Source: Bacteroidales bacterium UBA5197
Lineage (GTDB): Bacteria; Bacteroidota; Bacteroidia; Bacteroidales; Lentimicrobiaceae
Reading direction: 5' to 3'
Assembly (NCBI GenBank): GCA_002412885.1
Contig: DHVX01000042.1
Span: 9,092 to 73,091 of the forward strand
DNA: 64,000 bases
Shown here piece by piece: positions 1 to 8,017 of the stretch. A model generated the notes under the pieces. That model was not told where the DNA came from and searched no databases. It saw only the letters and a program-made list of their open reading frames with translations. Both the position numbers and the translations under genes were made by a program. The first letter of the stretch is position 1; every line of letters begins with the position of its first letter.

Positions 1-37
1 TTCTTTTTCCGGGTTTCTTTTTTTCTGTTTGTTTTAC

Positions 38-1999
38 TCAAAGACTTGCCGCCAGTTCAGTAAGGCTCACATTGCCAATTGCCATTTTCCTGAGTTGTCC
101 CATTATCCAGTCCTTTTCGTTGCCAACTTTTTCGGTATGCTGAATTTCTGCAAACTTCGATTTCAGGAAAGGAACACTTCCGAACAATTGCTCTTTGGCA
201 ACTTTTTTAAACTTTATGCTGATAAGTACCGATTCAAAATCGAGTTTCGGATGCTCATAAACATGAGGAAGCATTAGCCATGCAAGTTCCGGAGTCAATC
301 CATTTTCACTGATGAATTTTAGCAGACCATAAATGATTTTGTACGAAAATTCTGCTGTAGGCTTTGAGTGTCCTTCAACAAACTTAAGCTTATGTCCGAA
401 AAGCTTGCCAACAAATGCAGGATCATATTTCAGTTCATCTACAATTTTTTCAATTAAGGGAAACAGGTTTTTCTTGAAAATATAAGTGTATGTATCTTCA
501 GGGATGCCCCATTCTTTCATAATGTTATACCTGTCCACAACTTCCTGTGGCAGATTACTACCCAATTCTGTGATCAAAGAGTCTTCGAGTGGGATAGGAG
601 CACTGTCGGTATCGGGATACATGCGGTCAGCGCCAGGCAGCACACGTTCGAAAATTGTGGTACCGTTTTCAAATGATTTTCTGGTTTCGTTGGGAATTCC
701 TGCGAAAGCCATTTTACAGCGCTCTTCAATGGTTTCAAGCGCGGTTTTCATATCTTCATCCGGTCCCCAGATCACCAACTGTGCATCCCTGGAATCAGCT
801 TTGAGTATAGTCCTGATCTGTTGCCAGTCTTTTGCAGAAATTACAGGCTCAAACTCTTCGGTATGAGTCAGATTCGGAACCTCGAGGCAAGCGATTACTT
901 TCAATCTTTCAATCAGCTCGTTGGCAAACATTTTGCCAGGTTGCGTAAAATGCGAAAGTGCTCCGTTGAATCCGGGTAAATTTATGGCTATAATCCTGTT
1001 TTTCCGGTCTTTATTGTCCTTCAGAGGTTGATAGCTGAAATTGAAATCATAATAATCCAGCTGTGCATGCGTGATTTTCCAATCTTTATGATCGGGGATT
1101 TCATTTACCAGCTTGTCGCGAAGCATCAGCAACGACCATTGCCTGAAACATTCATTGTGCGTAAGTTCGGGAATCCAACGGGTATGTGCTACGCCTTTAA
1201 TCTCCACCCGAACACCTCCACGGCAGCTGACATTTACATCCTGCCTTCCGGCACCGATTCCGGTTCTGACTTTGCCTGTGCTACGGTTCAAAAAGCGGAT
1301 GTAATCACAAGCTTCTTTTACCTCATCCGGATTAACCATTTCGGGATAAGTTACTGTTTCGATCAAAGGCATACCCAAACGATCGGTTCTGTAAATCCGG
1401 GTATGTCCTATATCTGATACCTCACGGCATGAATCTTCTTCAAGACTCAACTGTATGAGGCGAATTTTTTTGTTTTTCAAAGGAATTTCACCTTCCACAC
1501 CAATAATCGCGGTTCGTTGAAAACCGGTTGGAATGCTTCCGTCAAGGTATTGTTTTCGGGTGATATGCACCTCTCCAACAATATTCAGCTTCGAAAGCAG
1601 CGATATTTCAATGGCAATATTCAGCGCTTCTCTGTTTACCGGAAAAGGAGGTGTATCGTCAACCTCATAGGTGCAGGTAGTTTCGTTTTTCAAACGATAA
1701 ACAATATTCTTGCGGGTTTTGAACTCCATCAACGCTGTGCCGTCATATTCGCCGAGCTCACTGAGCGTTGGCCTCATATGCCTGATTACTTCTGCATCAA
1801 AAACATTTGGCTTATTATAAACGCCTGCAGGGCAGTGGCAAAATAGTTTTTCCTTGGTTTTGAGCTGCTGATGCACTTCAAGTCCCGACATAAAACCTAT
1901 TTCATCATAAGTTTTCTGGGTAGCTTTTGCACGGGGAACGTATCCGGCAGCTTCTTTGGTTTTAATGTAGTTTTCCCTGGGGTCGAAATTCTGGTTCAT
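38..1999 (-). CDS. gatE: Glu-tRNA(Gln) amidotransferase subunit E (archaeal-type GatE)
   Basis: 653 aa. Motifs GLEVHQQL..KLFCHCP, RPTLSELGEYD, RKQYLDGSIPTGFQRT, LEEDSCR, DRLGMPLIE, GAGRQDVNVS, a GAD/AspRS-like insertion (LPGFNG..QPGK..) and PNETRK...LPGADRMYPDTD match GatE rather than GatB. Confidence 0.9.
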   Translation of the reverse strand: MNQNFDPRENYIKTKEAAGYVPRAKATQKTYDEIGFMSGLEVHQQLKTKEKLFCHCPAGVYNKPNVFDAEVIRHMRPTLSELGEYDGTALMEFKTRKNIVYRLKNETTCTYEVDDTPPFPVNREALNIAIEISLLSKLNIVGEVHITRKQYLDGSIPTGFQRTAIIGVEGEIPLKNKKIRLIQLSLEEDSCREVSDIGHTRIYRTDRLGMPLIETVTYPEMVNPDEVKEACDYIRFLNRSTGKVRTGIGAGRQDVNVSCRGGVRVEIKGVAHTRWIPELTHNECFRQWSLLMLRDKLVNEIPDHKDWKITHAQLDYYDFNFSYQPLKDNKDRKNRIIAINLPGFNGALSHFTQPGKMFANELIERLKVIACLEVPNLTHTEEFEPVISAKDWQQIRTILKADSRDAQLVIWGPDEDMKTALETIEERCKMAFAGIPNETRKSFENGTTIFERVLPGADRMYPDTDSAPIPLEDSLITELGSNLPQEVVDRYNIMKEWGIPEDTYTYIFKKNLFPLIEKIVDELKYDPAFVGKLFGHKLKFVEGHSKPTAEFSYKIIYGLLKFISENGLTPELAWLMLPHVYEHPKLDFESVLISIKFKKVAKEQLFGSVPFLKSKFAEIQHTEKVGNEKDWIMGQLRKMAIGNVSLTELAASL

Positions 2000-2299
2000 T
2001 TATGGGAGGTGTTTAAAAGGCCTCAAACCTACAGGATTTTTTGCAATACTACAAAGCTTTTTATGAGAGTTTATTCACCTTTTTTTTCAGAGGTGGTTAA
2101 TTTTGTCATTTTTTCAGGTGAATCTTCAATAAGTTTGATAAATCATGGTTTCAAATGAGTTGTTATCTTAAGTGTCTAGTCTTCAGGTTGTCAGACCAAT
2201 TCAAAATTTTAGGTATTTTTTTTGAGATATTGTTGTGTATTCAAAAAAATATTGCGTTCTTTGCAAACCGAAATAAAAACCATTGATAATCCAACAGTC

Positions 2300-2539
2300 A
2301 TGTCGAAAGTTTGTCAAATCACCGGAAAAGGAATGATAGTAGGAAACAAAGTTTCCCACTCCAACATAAAAACCAAACGCAGATTTTACCCGAATCTACA
2401 GGTTAAGAAATTTTATATCCCCGAAGAGGATAGCTGGATTACCATTAAGGTTTCTGCTGCCGGTATTCGCACCATCAGCAAAAATGGCATCAGTGCAACT
2501 TTAAAAGCTGCCCGTGCCAAAGGTTATCTTCCAAAATAA
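2300..2539 (+). CDS. rpmB: 50S ribosomal protein L28
   Basis: [10 protein letters not shown]...[20 protein letters not shown]. True start is the ATG at 2300, inside the called ORF. Confidence 0.97.
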   Translation: MSKVCQITGKGMIVGNKVSHSNIKTKRRFYPNLQVKKFYIPEEDSWITIKVSAAGIRTISKNGISATLKAARAKGYLPK

Positions 2540-2567
2540 CCCAAACTGATTCTTCTTAAAGAAATTG

Positions 2568-2597
2568 AGCTGTTGCCATGTGCAGCAGCTTTTTTTT
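2568..2597 (+). terminator. Intrinsic terminator after rpmB
   Basis: AGCTGTTGC-catgt-GCAGCAGCT followed by a T-run. Confidence 0.8.
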
Positions 2598-2644
2598 GTG
2601 TCCTGTAATGGCTATTGCCCTTAAAATGCAATGTGAATAAGTGT

Positions 2645-2652
2645 TATATTTG
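2645..2652 (+). promoter_or_regulatory. Bacteroidota -7 promoter box
   Basis: TATATTTG matches TAnnTTTG, 10 nt before ATG 2662. Confidence 0.6.
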
Positions 2653-2661
2653 CCGTCAGCC

Positions 2662-3297
2662 ATGAACCATCTCCGCGCTCTGTTTGTACTTGTTTTGTTG
2701 TTGTCAGGTTCTAAGTTATTTGCTCAGACTCCTGATGAAGATCTTGTGCAGTTTTCAGGGATGATTGTGGCCAGCGATAGTCTCGAAGCAGTTCCATATG
2801 TCAACATCAGAATCAAAGGTTTAAACCGGGGAACCACAAGCGATTTTTACGGTTTTTTTTCATTGGTTGCCCGCAAAGGCGATGTAATTCAGTTTTCGGC
2901 AGTTGGCTTTAAAAAGGGAGAGTATCTGATTCCTGATACTTTGCGTTCAAACCGCTATTCTTTGGTCCATATTATGACCAATGATACAATATTACTAAAG
3001 GAAACCGTTATATACCCGTGGCCGACAAAAGAGCAGTTTCGTCATGCTTTTGTATGGAATAAAATTCCTGATGATGACCTTACTATAGCCCAGCGGAACC
3101 TGGATAAGATGGAAATGCGCGAACGTGCCAGAGCTATGCCAATGGATGGAAGTATGAACTACCGGAATTATATGGATAATCAGGTTAGTAAATTGTATTA
3201 TCGTGGTCAGGCACAACCGATTACGGTATTTAATCCATTTGCCTGGGCAGAGTTTATTAAAGCCTGGAAACGTGGCGATTTTAAAAGAAAAGACTGA
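2662..3297 (+). CDS. Exported protein with carboxypeptidase-regulatory-like domain
   Basis: Signal peptide ending LFA-Q; VPYVNIRIKG..GTTSDFYGFFSL..FSAVGF pattern. Confidence 0.75.
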   Translation: MNHLRALFVLVLLLSGSKLFAQTPDEDLVQFSGMIVASDSLEAVPYVNIRIKGLNRGTTSDFYGFFSLVARKGDVIQFSAVGFKKGEYLIPDTLRSNRYSLVHIMTNDTILLKETVIYPWPTKEQFRHAFVWNKIPDDDLTIAQRNLDKMEMRERARAMPMDGSMNYRNYMDNQVSKLYYRGQAQPITVFNPFAWAEFIKAWKRGDFKRKD

Positions 3298-3314
3298 CCA
3301 TTACTGAAACAGAT

Positions 3315-5870
3315 ATGCCCGAAAAGTATTCTACACGACGCTTCCTGATTGTTCTGATTATCGGCCTTTTATCGGTCACCAGGCTGCTGGCGCAGGAGTT
3401 TGGAGAAGTTGCCGGGCGCATCACCGATGAGCAGAACCGGCCCCTTGGTCTTGTCAATATTGCTGTTCAGGGGCAGCCCGGAGGAGCAGTCACCCGCGAT
3501 GATGGCACTTTTCTGTTAAAAATTCCTGCCAATCGTGATATAGTTCTTGTTATATCTTCCATTGGATTTGCAAGCGCAACCGTAAAAGTCAGGCTCGATC
3601 CCGGAGAACGTTTTGAACTCAAACGAAAGCTCAAAGAAACCGCAACCGAACTTCCTGATTTTGTGGTTGAAGATCGTCAGATCAGATCGGCAAATCTTAA
3701 TCCTATTGATCCAAAGCTGGCCGGAATGATACCCAGTGCATCTGGTGGTATTGAAGCTTTGCTGAAAACTCTCCCCGGTGTATCTTCAAACAATGAATTA
3801 AGCTCGCAGTATTCAGTGCGTGGGGGGAATTTTGATGAAAATCTGGTTTATGTTAACGATGTTGAGATTTACCGCCCGTTTCTTGTTCGCTCCGGACAGC
3901 AGGAAGGTTTGAGTTTTCTCAACTCTGATATGGTGGCTTCCATACTTTTTTCAGCCGGAGGATTTGAATCAAGATATGGTGATAAACTGTCATCGGTGCT
4001 GGATATCAGGTATAAACGCCCGACCAAAACGGCCGGATCAGTAAGTGCCAGTTTGCTTGGTGCTTCATTGCACCTCGAGGGTTCTTCACGCGACCGCAGA
4101 TTTATGTATCTGCTGGGTTTCAGACAAAAGTCAAATCAATACATTCTGAAAGGTCTCGAAACCAAAGGTGATTACAAACCTTCCTTCACCGATCTTCAGG
4201 GAATGTTGCTCTATGAAGTCAATCCAAAACTTGAGTTTTCCTTTTTCGGAAATTACGCACGCAATTCCTATGAGTTGACTCCGACAGATCGCACCACAAG
4301 TTTTGGCACCATTAATGAAGCACTTCAACTCAGGGTTTATTTTGAAGGAAAAGAGGTTGACCGTTTCAAGAATTACATGGGTGCTTTTACCACAAATTAC
4401 AAACCCAATAAAGACCTTTCACTGAAGTTTATAGTTTCCACTTTTCAAACCATTGAAAGTGAAACCTTTGATATAATGGGTCAATATTGGATTTCAGAAC
4501 TTGAAACCGATCAGGGAAGTAAAACTTTTGGTCAGGCGCTTGATATTAAAGGCGTGGGAACTTACCTCAACCATGCCCGAAACTATTTAAATGCCACGGT
4601 TTTTAATATTGAACAAAGGGGAGTGTATCAGCACGATGATAAAACATTTCAATGGGGCGCGAAGTACCAGCGTGAAATGATCAGCGACAGGTTGAACGAA
4701 TGGAATATGAATGATTCAGCCGGTTATACCTTGCCTTACTCTGGCGGAATTCCGGGGTTTGCCGGCAATCAAAGCGATGTTATGCTTCAGGATGTGGTAA
4801 GAACAACCATCGAACTGAATTCAAACCGTATTTCAGGTTTTGCACAGTATTCTGAAATAAAAGAAATAAGTATCGGACAATTGGGATTAACCCTAGGAGT
4901 AAGAGCAAACTATTGGGATCTTAACCAACAGTTGGTCATCAGCCCCAGGGGAGGCGTGTCATTAAAACCCTTATGGGAGACTGATATTTTGTTCCGGCTT
5001 ACCGGCGGCGTCTATCATCAGCCTCCTTTCTACCGTGAGCTTCGAGCAAAAGATGGCTCCATAAACCGCGATCTCAAAGCACAAACCTCTTATCACATTG
5101 TAGCTGCTTCTGATATGAACTTCATGGCCTGGGGACGTCCCTTCAAATTTATAGGAGAAGCTTATTATAAATATCTCACCAATCTCGTTCCTTATGAAGT
5201 TGATAACGTGAGAATCCGGTATTTTGCGCAGAACAATGCAAAAGGTTATGCAACCGGACTCGATTTTAAGGTAAACGGCGAATTTGTCACTGGCATTGAA
5301 TCATGGGCAAGCTTATCGCTGATGCAAACCCGCGAAGATATTGAGGGTGACTTCTACACCGATTATTACAACAGCAAGGGTGAATTAATCATTCGTGGAT
5401 ACACAACTGATCAGATTATTGCTGATAGCATCATTTCGGAGAGGGGCTTTATGCCTCGTCCAACCGATCAGTTGCTTACTTTCGGTTTGTTTTTTCAGGA
5501 TTACCTTCCACGAAATCCCACCTTTAAAATGCATCTGAATCTGCTTTTCGGAACCGGAATACCTTACAGTCCTCCCGGAGTACCCAGGGCAAGAAATTCG
5601 CAGCGAATGCCTTCCTTCCGAAGGGTTGATATAGGATTTTCCAAACAGATTGCCGGTCAGGTTGCTTATGATGCCAATCCTGATAAAAAGCGCGGTGCAT
5701 GGCGAAAATACATCAACAACATATGGATAAGTGCGGAAGTGCTTAACCTGCTTCAGGTAAACAATACCATTTCATATACCTGGGTAAAGGATGTAAATAA
5801 CCGTCAGTATGGTGTGCCTAATTATCTGACTCCAAGGCAACTCAATGTAAAGATCTCAGTTGAGTTCTGA
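3315..5870 (+). CDS. TonB-dependent receptor
   Basis: Signal peptide, N-terminal CarboxypepD-like domain, plug motif LPGVSSNNELSSQYSVRGGNFDENLVYVN, C-terminal Phe. Confidence 0.9.
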   Translation: MPEKYSTRRFLIVLIIGLLSVTRLLAQEFGEVAGRITDEQNRPLGLVNIAVQGQPGGAVTRDDGTFLLKIPANRDIVLVISSIGFASATVKVRLDPGERFELKRKLKETATELPDFVVEDRQIRSANLNPIDPKLAGMIPSASGGIEALLKTLPGVSSNNELSSQYSVRGGNFDENLVYVNDVEIYRPFLVRSGQQEGLSFLNSDMVASILFSAGGFESRYGDKLSSVLDIRYKRPTKTAGSVSASLLGASLHLEGSSRDRRFMYLLGFRQKSNQYILKGLETKGDYKPSFTDLQGMLLYEVNPKLEFSFFGNYARNSYELTPTDRTTSFGTINEALQLRVYFEGKEVDRFKNYMGAFTTNYKPNKDLSLKFIVSTFQTIESETFDIMGQYWISELETDQGSKTFGQALDIKGVGTYLNHARNYLNATVFNIEQRGVYQHDDKTFQWGAKYQREMISDRLNEWNMNDSAGYTLPYSGGIPGFAGNQSDVMLQDVVRTTIELNSNRISGFAQYSEIKEISIGQLGLTLGVRANYWDLNQQLVISPRGGVSLKPLWETDILFRLTGGVYHQPPFYRELRAKDGSINRDLKAQTSYHIVAASDMNFMAWGRPFKFIGEAYYKYLTNLVPYEVDNVRIRYFAQNNAKGYATGLDFKVNGEFVTGIESWASLSLMQTREDIEGDFYTDYYNSKGELIIRGYTTDQIIADSIISERGFMPRPTDQLLTFGLFFQDYLPRNPTFKMHLNLLFGTGIPYSPPGVPRARNSQRMPSFRRVDIGFSKQIAGQVAYDANPDKKRGAWRKYINNIWISAEVLNLLQVNNTISYTWVKDVNNRQYGVPNYLTPRQLNVKISVEF

Positions 5871-6161
5871 CCGAATCTTAACTTCTTTTCGCTATTGTCC
5901 AATTTAATTCAAAAAGTGCTTGTCACGAAGAGCCTTCGTTTCACTTAATGAGAATATAAATTTGTGCACCTTTGTGTCTTTGTGACTTAGTGGCAAAAAA
6001 CAAATAAGTAAGTTGCATATCCTAAAAATCCTACTTCAGAAACAGTTTTCTGCTTCTTCCACATTCCAATCCCGCGCCATTAAACAATATCGATCCTCTG
6101 CTGTTATTTATACAGAATCTAAATAAGTTTAAATAATCGTTTAATCAAGGAGGAAAAACCA

Positions 6162-6773
6162 ATGAATTTCGAATTTCCGGCATTGCCATATGCCTATGAT
6201 GCACTAGAACCACACATTGACCGCATGACGATGGAAATCCATCACACGAAACATCATCGTGCATATTTCGATAAATTTACAGCTGCTATTCAGGGAACTG
6301 ATCTTGAATCGAAAAGTTTAACCGATATTTTCGCAGAAATCAGTAAAGCTCCTGCTGCCGTTAGAAATAACGGCGGAGGATTTTATAACCATAACCTGTT
6401 CTGGGAGATTCTCAGCCCAAGCGGCGGCGGAGAACCTATCGGTAAACTTGCCGAAGCTATAAATGCTGAATTTGGATCGTTTGAGGCGTTTAAAACAAAG
6501 TTCAACGATGCAGCAGCCAACCGTTTTGGAAGTGGCTGGGCTTGGTTAAGTGTTAAAGCTGATAAAAGTCTTTGTGTATGCTCATCAGCCAATCAGGACA
6601 ATCCACTTATGGATGTGCACGATTGTCCGGGCACCCCGATTTTGGGTCTTGATGTTTGGGAACATGCCTATTACCTGAAATATCAGAACCGTCGCCCTGA
6701 TTACATCGGCGCATTCTGGAATCTCGTAAACTGGAACAAAGTTTCAGAGAATTATGAAAAAACGTTAAAATAA
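6162..6773 (+). CDS. Fe/Mn superoxide dismutase (cytoplasmic)
   Basis: [47 protein letters not shown]. Confidence 0.97.
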   Translation: MNFEFPALPYAYDALEPHIDRMTMEIHHTKHHRAYFDKFTAAIQGTDLESKSLTDIFAEISKAPAAVRNNGGGFYNHNLFWEILSPSGGGEPIGKLAEAINAEFGSFEAFKTKFNDAAANRFGSGWAWLSVKADKSLCVCSSANQDNPLMDVHDCPGTPILGLDVWEHAYYLKYQNRRPDYIGAFWNLVNWNKVSENYEKTLK

Positions 6774-6803
6774 CGCCTTTTTCTGATTTCATTTGTTAAT
6801 AAG

Positions 6804-6835
6804 ACCGGATGGCAAAGCTGCCCGGTTTATTTTTT
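6804..6835 (+). terminator. Probable terminator between the two SOD genes
   Basis: ACCGG...CCGGT imperfect hairpin followed by TTATTTTTT. Confidence 0.5.
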
Positions 6836-6854
6836 AATCAAATCTTTCAAGTTT

Positions 6855-7682
6855 ATGAAAAAGCAATTATTCTTAGTGATGTTTCTTGTCGGGCTTTTGT
6901 CTTTGCCCTTTTGCCTTACAGCGCAGCAAGCAGTAAAAAGTAAAACCAAAACTGATGCAAAGCCTGTTCCCGCAGTTCTTAGCACTGCATCAGAAGTAAG
7001 TGCAGTGGCCGGTTTTGCCGGAAAAGGTGAGGATTGGTTAATTCCTTCCGCCAATTTAATTTTCCCGGATCTTCCATATGCGTATGATGCGCTGGAACCT
7101 GTTATTGACAGACAAACCGTTGAAATTCACTATGATAAACATCATCGTGGTTACTTTAACAATTTTAAAAAAGCAATTGCCGGCACTGATCTTGAAACCA
7201 AGTCAGTTTACAGCATTTTTGCTGATATAGATAAAGTTTCCACTGCTGTCAGAAACAATGCCGGCGGTTTTTATAACCATGTTTTGTATTGGTCAAATCT
7301 TTCACCCGATGGGGGAGGAAAACCCACAGGGGAATTGCTCGAAGTAATTACCCGTTCTTTTGGTAGTTATGAAACATTTGTTCAGAAGTTCAACGAAGCT
7401 GCTAAAACACGTTTCGGTTCGGGATGGGCCTGGTTATCTGTTGATCCTGCATCGAAAGAACTCTTTATTTCCTCAACTGCAAATCAGGACAATCCTTTAA
7501 TGAGCACTGAAGAAAAACAAGGTTTTCCTTTGCTGGGAATGGATGTTTGGGAACATGCCTATTATCTGAAATATCAGAACAAAAGAGCCGATTATGTTGA
7601 AAGTTTCTGGAATAAGGTAAACTGGCAGGATGTTCAGTCGCGCTATGCGGAATACTTCAAAATCGCAGCACGGATTAAATAA
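6855..7682 (+). CDS. Fe/Mn superoxide dismutase with signal peptide (exported paralog)
   Basis: Same SOD motifs ([22 protein letters not shown]), preceded by MKKQLFLVMFLVGLLSLPFCLTA-QQ and a linker. Confidence 0.93.
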   Translation: MKKQLFLVMFLVGLLSLPFCLTAQQAVKSKTKTDAKPVPAVLSTASEVSAVAGFAGKGEDWLIPSANLIFPDLPYAYDALEPVIDRQTVEIHYDKHHRGYFNNFKKAIAGTDLETKSVYSIFADIDKVSTAVRNNAGGFYNHVLYWSNLSPDGGGKPTGELLEVITRSFGSYETFVQKFNEAAKTRFGSGWAWLSVDPASKELFISSTANQDNPLMSTEEKQGFPLLGMDVWEHAYYLKYQNKRADYVESFWNKVNWQDVQSRYAEYFKIAARIK

Positions 7683-7707
7683 TAGATCACCTGTTGATTA
7701 TTGCCGA

Positions 7708-7755
7708 AAGAATCCGATACTACAGTTTGCGTTTGGTTTCAACAATTTCGTATCC
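7708..7755 (-). repeat. Orphan duplicate of the infB 3' end (direct repeat of 8005-8053)
   Basis: 45 of 49 aligned positions identical; encodes [11 protein letters not shown] with two synonymous changes. Confidence 0.9.
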
Positions 7756-7908
7756 ACGGCTGAGCGGCATTTGCAATGCCGCTCTGAACACTGGATAATT
7801 TGCAATTATCCAAATAAGCGACTTAAAGAATGAATCAGTCGGGCATATATTATTGAATTACAAATTCAATGATGTTCAAAGCGGCATTGCAAATGCCGCT
7901 TAGCCGTG
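7755..7908. mobile_element. REPIN/MITE-like element with 36-bp terminal inverted repeats
   Basis: 7755-7790 and 7873-7908 are inverted copies (34/36); each contains the hairpin AGCGGCATT-TGC-AATGCCGCT. Confidence 0.75.
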
Positions 7909-7958
7909 CCATCGGAACGAAGTGTTTTAGACGTTTATAATCAAAGGAGTACCAATAT

Positions 7959-7996
7959 AAAAAAACTTCCAGAGAATATTTCCTGGAAGTTTTTTT
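7959..7996. terminator. Bidirectional intrinsic terminator at the end of infB
   Basis: A-run, ACTTCCAG...CTGGAAGT hairpin, T-run. Confidence 0.85.
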
Positions 7997-8017
7997 GTGA
8001 CATGAAGATTCCGATAC

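Noticed and set aside
38..1999. Calling this gene gatB
   Set aside because: Its length, the insertion domain and the DGS..GFQRT and RQDVNVS motifs fit GatE; the GatB Y.DLPK.YQI motif is absent.
5961..5999. Short degenerate repeat TTTGTGCACC-TTTGTGTC-TTTGTGAC-TTAGTGGC
   Set aside because: Resembles a dispersed octamer-type repeat remnant but is too short to support a call.
7630..7833. 67-aa ORF downstream of the SOD pair
   Set aside because: Overlaps the SOD end and runs through the repeat element; no recognisable protein.
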